From Candidatus Iainarchaeum sp. (lineage in GTDB: Archaea; Iainarchaeota; Iainarchaeia; Iainarchaeales; 1-14-0-10-31-34), in assembly GCA_040755695.1 (NCBI GenBank), contig JBFMAK010000001.1:128637-192636 (forward strand): DNA of 64,000 nt. Reading direction: 5' to 3'. Both the position numbers and the translations under genes were made by a program. Under the pieces are notes generated by a model. It saw nothing but the letters and a program-made list of their open reading frames with translations, was not told where the DNA came from and did no database searches. Shown in pieces: positions 1-9,687 of the stretch; the first letter of the stretch is position 1, and each line of letters starts with the position of its first letter.

Positions 1-401
1 AAGAAAAGGTTTCATTGGAGAAAGTGATGGAACCCAAAATAATTCAACTGAAGAAGTTTGAGGAGGAAATGAAGAGAAGGCAGAAGGCAATGGAAGAAGA
101 AATGCTTTCAAAACAGAAGCCACTGCACGAGGTAAAGCAGATTGACACAAAATTATTGGAGCAATTGGAAACACAGGAAATGCTGAAGAAAAGCCCTGAA
201 TTCAAGATAAGCTACCTGAAGATACTGGACAACCTCATAGTTCAATTAAATGAAGGCCTGAAAGGAAATAACAAGATTGAAGTAGTAAATTTAAAAAGGG
301 AAGGCGAAAAACTCTGGAAGGCAAAGGTCTACATCAACGACGACCCCTACGAATTCGTTCTGGATGATTTTGGCTTAATAAAAGACTTCTTTGAGCTTTA
401 A
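1..401 (+). CDS. Hypothetical charged, coiled-coil-like protein; the reading frame is open to position 1, so the 5' end is probably truncated by the window
   Basis: Tracked ORF 15..401 (TTG start). The same frame has no stop back to nt 3. K/E-rich, no recognisable motif. Confidence 0.3.
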   Translation, partial: EKVSLEKVMEPKIIQLKKFEEEMKRRQKAMEEEMLSKQKPLHEVKQIDTKLLEQLETQEMLKKSPEFKISYLKILDNLIVQLNEGLKGNNKIEVVNLKREGEKLWKAKVYINDDPYEFVLDDFGLIKDFFEL

Positions 402-442
402 GGGCATTCACTTTAAAATTTATTTCAAGCACAAGAAATTCT

Positions 443-1561
443 ATGAAGGAAAACATTTTCTCCAAGAGCCTGGTGCACGAGTTGTTTAAGGATGAAAGGT
501 TTTTGTATCCTGAAAGCATTCCGGAAAGGCTGCCTCACAGGGACAGAGAGATAGAGGAAATTGCCTTTGCTTTAAAGCCTTTGAGCCAGGGCAGGAAGCC
601 TACAAACCTTTTCCTTGCAGGAAAATCTGGGACAGGAAAGACTGTAACAGCAAAATTCGTTTTACAGCAACTGCAGGAATTTACAGATAGAGTAAAATCC
701 TTGTATGTGAACTGCTTTGAATTCAATTCAAGGACTTCAATTCTAACAGCAATCTCAAACTTTGCTGGCTGGCCTACTCCAAGGAGGGGGATTGCAGTGG
801 ACGAAATCTACTCCAGAATGATTTCAGCATTAAAGAAAGCAGGATTCTCTCCTGTAATAGTATTGGATGAATTGGACCAATTGATTCAAGAAGGCGAAGC
901 CTCAAAGCTATTATACGACCTCCTCAGAATAATTGAATTCGAGAAAATAAGGTTAGGCCTAATAATAATTTCAAATGATTTTTCGCTTACATCAAAACTG
1001 GATGCAAGAGTGAAAAGCTCTTTATGCGAGCGCATAATAATCTTTGACCAGTATTCGCCCCAGCAATTGAAGGACATCTTGAATGACAGGGTGCAGAATG
1101 CCTTCTTCCCAGAAAAGGTTGAGAGGGATGTAGTAAATGTTGCTGCCGCAAGGGCAGCAAAAACGGGGGGGGACGCAAGGATTGCAATTGAATGCCTTCT
1201 AAAGGCAGGAAGGCTTGCAGAAAAAGAGAATTCAGCAAGAGTGGAATTAAGGCACCTGAAGCAAGCATTGAATTTGATTGATGAAAGCATTTCAAGAAAG
1301 AAGGTGCTTCCCTTCCTTGATGAAAAAGAAATTCTCTTAATTAAAATCCTTTCAGAGAAAGGCTCTATGAATTCAGGCTCTCTCCTAAGGGAATTCTCCT
1401 TAAAGAAAAAAATCAGCATAAGGCACTTCAGGGAGATAGTGAACGAATTAGAGGACAAGAAAATAATTGATACAAAAAAGATTTCTCTGCCCACGAGAGG
1501 CAAAAGCAGGGAAGTTTCTCTCGCAATCAAAAAAGAATTGATTAAAGAAATCCTTGTTTAA
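443..1561 (+). CDS. cdc6: Orc1/Cdc6 replication initiator (AAA+ ATPase with a C-terminal winged helix)
   Basis: Walker A 'LFLAGKSGTGKT'. Walker B 'VIVLDELDQL'. Sensor region and the C-terminal wH region 'LRHLKQALNLIDESI...' are typical of archaeal Orc1/Cdc6. 372 aa. Confidence 0.85.
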   Translation: MKENIFSKSLVHELFKDERFLYPESIPERLPHRDREIEEIAFALKPLSQGRKPTNLFLAGKSGTGKTVTAKFVLQQLQEFTDRVKSLYVNCFEFNSRTSILTAISNFAGWPTPRRGIAVDEIYSRMISALKKAGFSPVIVLDELDQLIQEGEASKLLYDLLRIIEFEKIRLGLIIISNDFSLTSKLDARVKSSLCERIIIFDQYSPQQLKDILNDRVQNAFFPEKVERDVVNVAAARAAKTGGDARIAIECLLKAGRLAEKENSARVELRHLKQALNLIDESISRKKVLPFLDEKEILLIKILSEKGSMNSGSLLREFSLKKKISIRHFREIVNELEDKKIIDTKKISLPTRGKSREVSLAIKKELIKEILV

Positions 1562-1626
1562 AGCAAAAAGAATAAATATTAATTAAGGCCTAATAGGTAT
1601 CCATTGAATTCAGGAGGAGGTATGAG

Positions 1627-1941
1627 ATGCCGGCAAAAAAATTCAAGGCTGCAGCAGAAGAGAAATCAAGGCTCAGAAACATTATAATGGAGTTCCCTAA
1701 AACGCCAGGAGTTCCTGACGAGGAAATGGCTTTCAGGGTAGTGAAATTGTATTTTGAGGAGATTGCAAGGCTGGGCTTCAAGAGAAGGCTTGACTTGGAC
1801 GCAATAATCAACGCATACTTTTACGCCCTTGCAAGGCTTGAAAGAAAAGACAAGGAACTGAAGTTCATCCAAAAGAAAGTCCTGAAAGAGGAATCAGTTC
1901 TCAGCAGGGAAACAAAAGAAGAAATGATTCCAGAGCCTTAA
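1627..1941 (+). CDS. Small conserved-looking hypothetical protein (104 aa)
   Basis: Strong SD 'GGAGGAGG' 7 nt upstream of the ATG. Coding-like composition. No family recognised. Confidence 0.4.
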   Translation: MPAKKFKAAAEEKSRLRNIIMEFPKTPGVPDEEMAFRVVKLYFEEIARLGFKRRLDLDAIINAYFYALARLERKDKELKFIQKKVLKEESVLSRETKEEMIPEP

Positions 1942-1948
1942 TTTTTCT

Positions 1949-3601
1949 TTATAACTCCAGTTCCATTACTGTTGTATTGGCTTCCAAGCCGAAGTTGTTC
2001 AGGGTCTTCTGGTTTACTTCTCCAATGAGCCCCTTCATTTTTTTCTCTACAAGGATTTCTGCTACCCTGCCTTCAGTTAATGAAGGGTGAATTGCCTCCT
2101 TTAACTCGTAATTGAATGAAAGATTCTTTGCTATTGCTTCCAGCACAGACTTCATTTCATTGAAATTGGATTTGGAGTGAGAGAAAGCAAGGCACAATTT
2201 GAATGGCTCCTTTACCCGGGTCTCAGTCTTTTCATTCAATTCAACTGCCCTCCCCAATTCAAAGATTCTCTGCGGGAAAGGGCAGTGCTTGTTTCTGCCC
2301 AAAAAATTCAGTGCCTCAGGAATCAGGCTCAGCCTGAAGACGCTGAAAGAAGAGGATACAGGATTGCTTAATTCAATGAAATTCAATTCTTTCAAATTCA
2401 TTTTGTGTTCCTGTATATCCCTTGAAGTCAAATGGAATGAAAGAATCTCCTGCATTCCAAGCCCAACGCATAATTCCCTTAAAGCCTCGAACTTCCCGCT
2501 TTCTGAAAGCCCTGAGCCTCTTGTTGGAAGAAGAACTTTTTCTGGAATGAATTTATTGAAGTCAAATGCAATTGCAATGTCTTCAATTACATCAATTGAA
2601 TGCAGGATGTCAGCCCTGTAATCAGGGCAAAAAACTTTAATGCTCTTCCCCTTTATTTTTCCTTTCATTCTCTTTTTTTCAAGCAATGAAAGGATTTCTT
2701 TCTCCTTGAATTCCTGCCCTAAAATTTTTTCTATTTCACCTAGGGCAAAAGAAATCTTTTCTGCACCGAATTTTGGAGTGACAATCTTTTGTTTTTTTCC
2801 CTCATAAACAATTTTGATTGATTCAATTTTGCCCCCCCTGTCAGCCAAGGCCAAGCACATTATCTTCAATGCAATTTCCACCAGCTTTTGGTTAAAGCCT
2901 GTGACATCAACAAACAGATTCCTTGTTTCTTCTGTCACTTTTCCTGAGCCCTCAGAGTTAATTATAGGGGGCATTGAAAGAACTTCGTTCCCTGAATCCA
3001 CAAGCAAAGGGAATTTGGCGAAGTTCTCTATTAAGTGCCCAAACTCTTTTCCTTTCGGGTGCTTCAAGAGGATTTCCCTCAAGCTCATTCTTTCATTGGA
3101 GCCCAAAGGAATGAATTCAAGAGAAGGTTCAGCTGCAAAGTATTTCACGTTGCCTTTCACTTTATCCAAGTCAAATACTCCAATTGCAATCTCTTTCCTT
3201 TTCCTCCCGAAGCTCTCGCAGATTTTCTCCTGCAACTGAATCAATTGGGCCAGCATGAAATCATTCACCTTCACTCCCTTTACTATAGCATAAGCTGCTT
3301 TAGGCCTAATGCCTTCCAAAGCAGAATCAACAAAAGCCTTTCTCCCGGACGGCTTCACGTTATACGAAGGAAGGCCTTTCTCTATTCCATACTGTGCCTT
3401 GAGTTCCCTTGCAATCCCTTCTGTGCTCCATAAATCAGGCCTGTTGGTGTCCTTTAAATCTACTTTAATTTTGTCTTTGTCTTCGCTCACTGCATTAATT
3501 TCGCCTTTCACGTAAAGCAATGCTTCCCCCAACTCCTTCAAGCTGAAATTTTTCTTCATCACGGAATTGAAGTCTTTCAATGAAATTTCAATTGTAGGCA
3601 T
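1949..3601 (-). CDS. pheT: Phenylalanyl-tRNA synthetase beta subunit (archaeal type)
   Basis: 550 aa. N-terminal 'MPTIEISLKDF...' and a B3/B4-like region 'RPDLWSTEGIAREL' are typical of archaeal PheT. Lies immediately downstream of pheS on the same strand with a 2-nt gap. Confidence 0.85.
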   Translation of the reverse strand: MPTIEISLKDFNSVMKKNFSLKELGEALLYVKGEINAVSEDKDKIKVDLKDTNRPDLWSTEGIARELKAQYGIEKGLPSYNVKPSGRKAFVDSALEGIRPKAAYAIVKGVKVNDFMLAQLIQLQEKICESFGRKRKEIAIGVFDLDKVKGNVKYFAAEPSLEFIPLGSNERMSLREILLKHPKGKEFGHLIENFAKFPLLVDSGNEVLSMPPIINSEGSGKVTEETRNLFVDVTGFNQKLVEIALKIMCLALADRGGKIESIKIVYEGKKQKIVTPKFGAEKISFALGEIEKILGQEFKEKEILSLLEKKRMKGKIKGKSIKVFCPDYRADILHSIDVIEDIAIAFDFNKFIPEKVLLPTRGSGLSESGKFEALRELCVGLGMQEILSFHLTSRDIQEHKMNLKELNFIELSNPVSSSFSVFRLSLIPEALNFLGRNKHCPFPQRIFELGRAVELNEKTETRVKEPFKLCLAFSHSKSNFNEMKSVLEAIAKNLSFNYELKEAIHPSLTEGRVAEILVEKKMKGLIGEVNQKTLNNFGLEANTTVMELEL

Positions 3602-3603
3602 TT

Positions 3604-5115
3604 TTATTCCACCATCACCTTTTGCCTTTTCAGCCAGTCCAGGTTATAGGAGAAGAGGTCTCTTGCATCGTTTATTCCTAGCTTGAACATGGCGAGCCTG
3701 TCGGCCCCAATGCCCCATGCCAGCGCCCTTCCTTTAATTCCAAGGTTTTCTGTAATTTCCGGCCTGAAGATTCCTGCCCCGCCAAATTCAATCCAGCCCA
3801 TTTCAGGGTGAAGGGCATTCAACTGAACCGAGGGTTCTGTGAAAGGATAGTAATCAGGAATGAATTTTATTTTTTCTGCGCCTGCAATCTCTTCAGCGAA
3901 TTCTTTGAGCATTCCAAGCAGGTGCCTGAAGGTGACAGTAGAATCAACAATGAAGCCTTCCAGCTGGTTGAATTCAATTAAGTGCGTTGCATCAACCACG
4001 TCAGGCCTGAAACATCGCGCAATAGAAAAATATTTTCCTGGCAGTTCAACCCCCTTCACCAGCTGCCTTGCGCTGTGCGCTGTGCCGTGGGCGCAGGGCA
4101 TAAGCCTTGAAGCAATCCTCTCACTCCAATTGTATTGCCAGCCCCTACTCTTTGAAATGCCTCCATTCTCGTGGGCTGCCTTCATTTTTTCCACAATCTT
4201 TTTGTCCGGAAGCAATCCGAACTGGGGCCTTTTAAGCTGGTATGTCTGCGTCCAGTCCCTTGCAGGATGGTTTTGAGGCTGAAACAATACATCAAAGTTA
4301 TAGAATTCCTGCACAATCAAAGGCGAAGGCATTTCCTTGAAGCCTAATTCAATCAATTTTCTTTTCATTTCATCCAAAAACTTAAGGTAAGGCTGCTTTT
4401 TTCCCGGAAAGATCTCAGGCACAGGCTCCTGGATATTGTAATGTCTTTCTATTACTTTTACATCATCTTGTGCTTGAATTTTTAATCCTTTTTCTTGCAT
4501 TAAATTTATTCCTTTCATTCCTTGTTCTGTAATTGAAGCAGATCCGGTTTTTTTCTCTTTTATTCTGATAAAGTCTTTTCTCTGCTGGAACTCCTTCAGA
4601 ACATTTTTTTCTTCTGCATTAAATTGTTCCAAGGGTAATTCTTTGTTAGAAATTTTCTTGAGCAGTTTTTCTTCCGGGATTTCTTCTTTAAGCGCATTAA
4701 ATCCTTTCTGCGTCAATTTTAATTTTAATGTGCCTTCCTTTTTTACTTCGATCCATTGCTTTCTTTTTGCCTGTCCTAAAGAAATGTTTAATTCATCTTT
4801 TCCCAGGGATTTTATTTCTTCTATTGCCTTCCAGTCCCTTGCATTCAATTCCTTGGCCAGCTTTTTTTCCGGGAGGCCTTCCCTCAATGCCTTTAATCCT
4901 TCTTCGCCTAAAAGAATAAATTCCTTTTTTTCTGTTCTTGTTTCAGCCAGGTTCTTCTGCTTGAGCCACTGCATTGACCTTCTCGCGCTGTCAATATCCA
5001 TGCCTGCTCTTTTAGCCAGATCCTCTGCGTTCAATTCCTTTTTTGCCTCGCTCAATGCCTTTAATGCCTTTCTCTCGATTTCGCTTAATTCACTTAACAC
5101 CTTCTCCAAGGTCAT
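3604..5115 (-). CDS. pheS: Phenylalanyl-tRNA synthetase alpha subunit
   Basis: Class II aaRS core with motif 2/3-like 'FRPDVVDATHLIEFNQLEGFIVD' and 'GAGIFRPEI...GIGADRLAM'. Long N-terminal helical/winged-helix extension as in archaeal and eukaryotic PheS. Confidence 0.9.
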   Translation of the reverse strand: MTLEKVLSELSEIERKALKALSEAKKELNAEDLAKRAGMDIDSARRSMQWLKQKNLAETRTEKKEFILLGEEGLKALREGLPEKKLAKELNARDWKAIEEIKSLGKDELNISLGQAKRKQWIEVKKEGTLKLKLTQKGFNALKEEIPEEKLLKKISNKELPLEQFNAEEKNVLKEFQQRKDFIRIKEKKTGSASITEQGMKGINLMQEKGLKIQAQDDVKVIERHYNIQEPVPEIFPGKKQPYLKFLDEMKRKLIELGFKEMPSPLIVQEFYNFDVLFQPQNHPARDWTQTYQLKRPQFGLLPDKKIVEKMKAAHENGGISKSRGWQYNWSERIASRLMPCAHGTAHSARQLVKGVELPGKYFSIARCFRPDVVDATHLIEFNQLEGFIVDSTVTFRHLLGMLKEFAEEIAGAEKIKFIPDYYPFTEPSVQLNALHPEMGWIEFGGAGIFRPEITENLGIKGRALAWGIGADRLAMFKLGINDARDLFSYNLDWLKRQKVMVE

Positions 5116-5182
5116 AAAATCACTCTTTTACTTTAATAATTACTGAAAGTCTATTTAATTCTTTATCAATTATTATTTTAAT

Positions 5183-5563
5183 ATGAAAGAATTCGTGATG
5201 GATTCAGCTGTAATCCTGAACAACTTCAACTTCAGGTTTTCAGGCGAAGAAAAATACTACACCACAAATGAAGTATTGGACGAATTGATTGACTTTAGGA
5301 GCAAGAGACTCGTGGAGGCAGGACTAAAGCAAGGCCACATTGAAATAAGGGAGCCCTCAAGAGATTCAATCAAAAAAGTTGAAAGGGCAGCATATGCCTT
5401 AGATGCAAGGCACAGGCTCTCTAAGGCAGACATTTCAATCATTGCCCTTGCATTCGAATTAAAGCTTCCCCTTCTCTCAGACGACATTCAAGTCCAGAAG
5501 GTGTGCATTCAATTAGACCTTCAATTTGATTCAGTTTTCAGGGAAAGAATTGAAGAAAAATGA
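5183..5563 (+). CDS. PIN-domain protein (putative ribonuclease)
   Basis: 'YYTTNEVLDEL', 'ADISIIALA' and 'LLSDD' fit the acidic-residue pattern of PIN/VapC-like folds. Confidence 0.5.
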   Translation: MKEFVMDSAVILNNFNFRFSGEEKYYTTNEVLDELIDFRSKRLVEAGLKQGHIEIREPSRDSIKKVERAAYALDARHRLSKADISIIALAFELKLPLLSDDIQVQKVCIQLDLQFDSVFRERIEEK

Positions 5564-5575
5564 AGATGGTTTTGA

Positions 5576-6100
5576 TTGGAAGAAGAAAAAAAGGGAACAG
5601 AAGCTAAGCCTCTTGAATATTATGTGGGGGTATTGTTCGCTACCACAATAAAAAAAATGCTTAAGGCAAGGTCTCCTTTTAAAGAAAAAATTATTAGAAC
5701 AGCTGAATTAACTGTAAGCAACCAGATAAAGCAAATCCACGGACAAGTTGGCCTGAATGAATGGAATAATTCTGCAGGAATAAAAAGAATTGAACTGTTA
5801 AAAAAATACGGTTTCCGCTTGAGCCCCCATCAAATAGGCCTTTACCACAAGGCGCACCAATTATTGAACAGGTTAACAGAACTTCAAAGGAGAGCAAGAG
5901 GCGAAACAGATCAAAGGCTTAAGGAGCTTTACAGGGATGCAATAATTTCAGCAGAAGACAAAGGCCTTTCATCAAGAAAATTCCTTGAATTAAACAAACA
6001 AATCAATTTGGTCAGAATCCAGAAAGCAGAAAAATTACTGCAACTCAGAAAAGAGAAAAGAAAAGAAAAAATGCCCCCTAAAATCCACAGGGAAAGATGA
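5576..6100 (+). CDS. Hypothetical basic protein, possibly partnered with the upstream PIN gene
   Basis: Starts 13 nt after the PIN ORF. K/R-rich C-terminus. No recognised motif. Confidence 0.35.
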   Translation: MEEEKKGTEAKPLEYYVGVLFATTIKKMLKARSPFKEKIIRTAELTVSNQIKQIHGQVGLNEWNNSAGIKRIELLKKYGFRLSPHQIGLYHKAHQLLNRLTELQRRARGETDQRLKELYRDAIISAEDKGLSSRKFLELNKQINLVRIQKAEKLLQLRKEKRKEKMPPKIHRER

Positions 6101-6106
6101 TTTAAT

Positions 6107-6319
6107 TCAGATTCTTGAGATTTCTTTTCTTGTGTTTTTGCATTCTTCAAAATACTTAAAAGATTTCATTAGAATTATTCCTGCAGCCATAGAAGCAATT
6201 GTTATTGCTATTGCAATGTTTTCTTCTTTGAACCCGAAAAAGAAAGCAATCCATGCACTGAACCTCATTGAAAGAAGAACAGCTGCTTTTGTTTGCATAA
6301 TGGAATGCTTTAAATCCAA
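6107..6319 (-). CDS. Small predicted membrane protein
   Basis: 70 aa with one hydrophobic helix. A second untracked minus-strand mini-ORF (~6350-6520) encodes another single-helix peptide 'MNSFKFFSLSVSDKKALSFVIGAIIAGL...'. Confidence 0.25.
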   Translation of the reverse strand: MDLKHSIMQTKAAVLLSMRFSAWIAFFFGFKEENIAIAITIASMAAGIILMKSFKYFEECKNTRKEISRI

Positions 6320-6606
6320 TACATTTTTTTTCTGTTAATTCATTTTTCTTCATTCAAAAGCCTTTACAACAAAAAACACTGCAACAAGCACTCCGACCAC
6401 AGCCAAAAATGAATTTACATTATAATAAGTAATACTCAATCCAGCAATAATTGCCCCAATCACAAAAGAAAGTGCCTTCTTATCAGAAACAGACAAACTA
6501 AAAAACTTGAAAGAATTCATAATATCCTATGGAAATAAAACAACTTTAAATTTAAAAGCTTAATCCAACGACAGAAAACGAAATCATCTTTTGATGCTCA
6601 AACCTT

Positions 6607-7089
6607 TTAGAGGCTTAGGGATTTTTTCATAGATCCAACATTCATGACAATTATTTTGTTTTTTATTGTTTCCCTCATTTTTATGTACTCATCTATATCG
6701 CAATTAGCTTTTATTTTTCCGTAAAGGGCTTCTTCGAATTCAGGGTGCGCGCATATCAGCACATTTGCTTTCATAAGCTCTTCCAAAGCTTTTTTCCTTA
6801 ATTTTTCTGCATCAATATCCCGTATCGCGAAGGTTTCCACATCAAATTCTTTTGAAATCCCCTTTTTTTTTGCAAATAACCGAAAACCCCCCCGCAATTG
6901 ATTACTATAACCCATTCCGGAATCACAAACAAAAACTATTTTTATTTTCCTTTTTTTTCTCATCGAAAAAGCGATTGCTCTCCTAAGTCTTCTGGTTGCA
7001 GCAGTAATTAATTTTTTGTCTTTATGTCTTTCTTCAAATCTTATTATTGTTTTGAATAATCTGTTTTTTCTTGAAGTAATCCTTTTCAT
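6607..7089 (-). CDS. Hypothetical protein with a PTS-EIIB-like (Lac/Cel type) phospho-Cys loop fold
   Basis: 'KIKIVFVCDSGMGYS' resembles the EIIB 'ilvvCgsGmgTS' P-loop. Basic N-terminal tail. Confidence 0.3.
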   Translation of the reverse strand: MKRITSRKNRLFKTIIRFEERHKDKKLITAATRRLRRAIAFSMRKKRKIKIVFVCDSGMGYSNQLRGGFRLFAKKKGISKEFDVETFAIRDIDAEKLRKKALEELMKANVLICAHPEFEEALYGKIKANCDIDEYIKMRETIKNKIIVMNVGSMKKSLSL

Positions 7090-7093
7090 TTCA

Positions 7094-8299
7094 TCATCTA
7101 AGCATTATCTTTACTACGTCTCCGTCTTTGAGTGAATGTTCTTTTCCTATCTTTTGTCCTGTCCTGCAGTCTATTGCTGCAACAAACCTTTCAACGAATT
7201 CAGTGTGGATTTTTCCAGCCAAATCAATTGCATTGGAGCCCTTCCTCAAAAGGAAAGAATCTGGTAATACTGCCCCAGTACCTGAAGTCCACTTATGCTG
7301 GTCCTGCACGGGATAGACAGCAATCAAGTCCAGTAGGCTGAAGGCTGTTTCGTTCACTGCTTCCTGCACGCCTGTACTTCCATACTTCTCCAGTATGTGC
7401 GTTCTAATAAATTCTAATGCGTGCTTTTGTTTCTCAGGGATATCCTGTTTCAATAACTTAAATTCCTTTTCTCCTGGAACATATTCAATTATGTCTGCCT
7501 TTGCTGCCTTCCTTAAAGCTAACTCAGATTCAGCGCTGCAGGCCACAATCTTTTTTTCAGGGAATTCCTTCTTCAGCCTCTCAAAGTTCTCTTGTGCTCC
7601 TTCAACATCAATCTTGTTTGCTGCAATCAAGATAGGTTTTGATTTCTCCCTTATCTTCTCGCTGAATTCAAGTAATGCTTCCTCGTTCCAGGAATCAGGT
7701 TTTTCATTGAAGTCTTCTTTCTTTATTACGCCTTTCACGTCCTCTTCCGTAATGCCCAATCCAGTCAGGTTTTTTGCTAATGCCTCATAAGGGCCTTTAG
7801 GGTCGAGTGAAGCCTGCTTTGAGATCTTCGCCCAATTTTTTGTGAGGATGCCTTTAATCCAGTGTGCAATCTCTTTCTCCAAGAATTTAATGTCCTGGGC
7901 AGGGTCGTGAGAGCCTCGCTGACAGGGATTTCCAATGGAATCAGTGACTCCCGCAATATCTAATACATGAATTAAACCTTGTGCTTGCATTAAATCTGAC
8001 ATAAAAGAATTGCCCATTCCTTTTCCTTGCCAACTACCTTCAATTAAACCAGCCACATCTAATAACTGAATTGGAATCAACCTTGTGCCATTAACACATT
8101 TACTATTAATGGGGTTGCATTGCTTCCCAAGATCTAAATGAGGGCATTTAGTATTTACATAAGCTGTGCCAGTGTTAGCCTTAATTGTTGTGAATGGCCT
8201 CATAGAAATTTCAACGTCAACAAGTGTCGCTGCACTAAAGAAGGTACTCTTGCCTGACGACGGCTTGCCAACACAACCTATTTGCATTAAATCCCACAT
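7094..8299 (-). CDS. Obg-family P-loop GTPase/ATPase (YchF/OLA1-like) with a C-terminal TGS domain
   Basis: G1 'GCVGKPSSGKST'. G3 'LLDVAGLIEG'. C-terminal TGS-like 'GDVVKIMLR'. Confidence 0.7.
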   Translation of the reverse strand: MWDLMQIGCVGKPSSGKSTFFSAATLVDVEISMRPFTTIKANTGTAYVNTKCPHLDLGKQCNPINSKCVNGTRLIPIQLLDVAGLIEGSWQGKGMGNSFMSDLMQAQGLIHVLDIAGVTDSIGNPCQRGSHDPAQDIKFLEKEIAHWIKGILTKNWAKISKQASLDPKGPYEALAKNLTGLGITEEDVKGVIKKEDFNEKPDSWNEEALLEFSEKIREKSKPILIAANKIDVEGAQENFERLKKEFPEKKIVACSAESELALRKAAKADIIEYVPGEKEFKLLKQDIPEKQKHALEFIRTHILEKYGSTGVQEAVNETAFSLLDLIAVYPVQDQHKWTSGTGAVLPDSFLLRKGSNAIDLAGKIHTEFVERFVAAIDCRTGQKIGKEHSLKDGDVVKIMLR

Positions 8300-8323
8300 A
8301 GATTTAAATTAAAAAAGTTTTAA

Positions 8324-9535
8324 TTAAGTAACTGGTTTTAGGCAGTATTTTCCGCCGTTATTAGAAAAAATGCCTCTGTTCACAAGAGTTAATATTTTCT
8401 TCCTTATTTTATAAGGATGTAGGTCAATTTTTCCCGATAGATCTTTTACTCTGAAAAAACCTTTTTCCTTTGCAAGAAGGGTTCCTTCTTCACAGATTTT
8501 ATTTAAAACATCTTTAGTAACAACTTTTTCTCTCAATTTAATCATTAAATCAAGTGTTTTTCTTTTTCTACTGCAATAAAACCCAATCTTATTGCTGAAA
8601 TTTAATATAGATTCCTTTTTACCTATATCAATCTCCCAAAACGCAGTTACATACCCTTTTTTTCTTTTGATTATCCTTTTAAGTCTTAGATTGGACTCTA
8701 CTAAAAAATTATCACATAAAATTTTTCTTGCATCGATTAATATTTTGGGCGGTTTAATGTGTTGCCTATTTTCTTTTGGGATTTTATTTATACTGTATGG
8801 TTTGCCTATTTTCATTTCAGATAAAAAACGTTCATTAATTGCTTTTGTACACTCATTGGCTTGTGATAGCCCAATCTTGTAATTAGTTGTTTCAGCCCAC
8901 CCCTCATCATCAAAAAATTGTTGGAGAAATGCTTTTTGAATTTCAATAGAATTATCCATTATAACCTTTGGAATTCCAATGCCTTGATTTAATTTTTTGC
9001 CTGTCGGGACTCCTGTTATTTTTAGAACTCTTCTAACCATTCTGCTGGCTATCAAATAAGGCACTCCTTCATCAGAAATCCTGTTGCTAATTTTAACATC
9101 TCCAAAAATGTTTTTAATTTCTCTTTCAACTTTATTTAGCAATTCAGAATCGCTGTTTTTGTATTCAACATGTGCTTCATTTATGGTTCCATCCCCCATT
9201 ATAGCAGCTAAGATTGTAGCCATAGAAATACTGTTCAATTTTATTGGTAATTTAACTCCTTTGCTCCAAGCAATTTCTTCAACTTTGTCTTCTGCAATCA
9301 AATAACCAATGCCTAAAAAATCAAGAATCTTCTTTAATCCCCCAACTGTTAAACTCGTGTTATGAAAATAATTGAAGATTGTTGCTTTGCTCACCCTTAT
9401 TGCATAAGCCAACTTTGATTTTGAACTAGCTTTTAAGATTGCCTTATTAATTAGGTTTTTCCCAAAATCTTTTTCCAGCCTAATCCTTACAGTGTTGGGT
9501 TCGTCAAACCAATGATACTCTGTTTTACAGTCCAA
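8324..9535 (-). CDS. Free-standing LAGLIDADG-family homing endonuclease with an N-terminal HTH
   Basis: Two LAGLIDADG-type motifs, 'ILAAIMGDGTI' and 'FLQQFFDDEGW'. XRE-like HTH 'SKLAYAIRVSKATIFNYFHN'. AT-rich. Not embedded in any host ORF. Confidence 0.6.
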   Translation of the reverse strand: MDCKTEYHWFDEPNTVRIRLEKDFGKNLINKAILKASSKSKLAYAIRVSKATIFNYFHNTSLTVGGLKKILDFLGIGYLIAEDKVEEIAWSKGVKLPIKLNSISMATILAAIMGDGTINEAHVEYKNSDSELLNKVEREIKNIFGDVKISNRISDEGVPYLIASRMVRRVLKITGVPTGKKLNQGIGIPKVIMDNSIEIQKAFLQQFFDDEGWAETTNYKIGLSQANECTKAINERFLSEMKIGKPYSINKIPKENRQHIKPPKILIDARKILCDNFLVESNLRLKRIIKRKKGYVTAFWEIDIGKKESILNFSNKIGFYCSRKRKTLDLMIKLREKVVTKDVLNKICEEGTLLAKEKGFFRVKDLSGKIDLHPYKIRKKILTLVNRGIFSNNGGKYCLKPVT

Positions 9536-9687
9536 ATTTATCCCTTATAAATTTCTATTTTTTTATCTTTATAAATGGCTTCGGAAGAGTAGAGTGCCTG
9601 TGAAATTTGAAAAAAACGCAAACCTTAAAATAGGGGATAGCAACAATTTATTTAGCTGAATTAATTATTTTAGTTTAAAGAAAAATT

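Noticed and set aside
401-443. Replication origin (ORB repeats) next to cdc6
   Set aside because: The 42-nt spacer upstream of cdc6 has no repeated ORB-like elements; any origin would lie upstream of the window start.
886-1530. Antisense ORFs overlapping well-supported genes (e.g. 886-1530, 2199-2621, 3860-4276, 4643-5146, 12203-12601, 43989-44528, 28326-28682)
   Set aside because: Low-complexity translations, fully embedded in strongly supported genes on the opposite strand; typical spurious ORFs.
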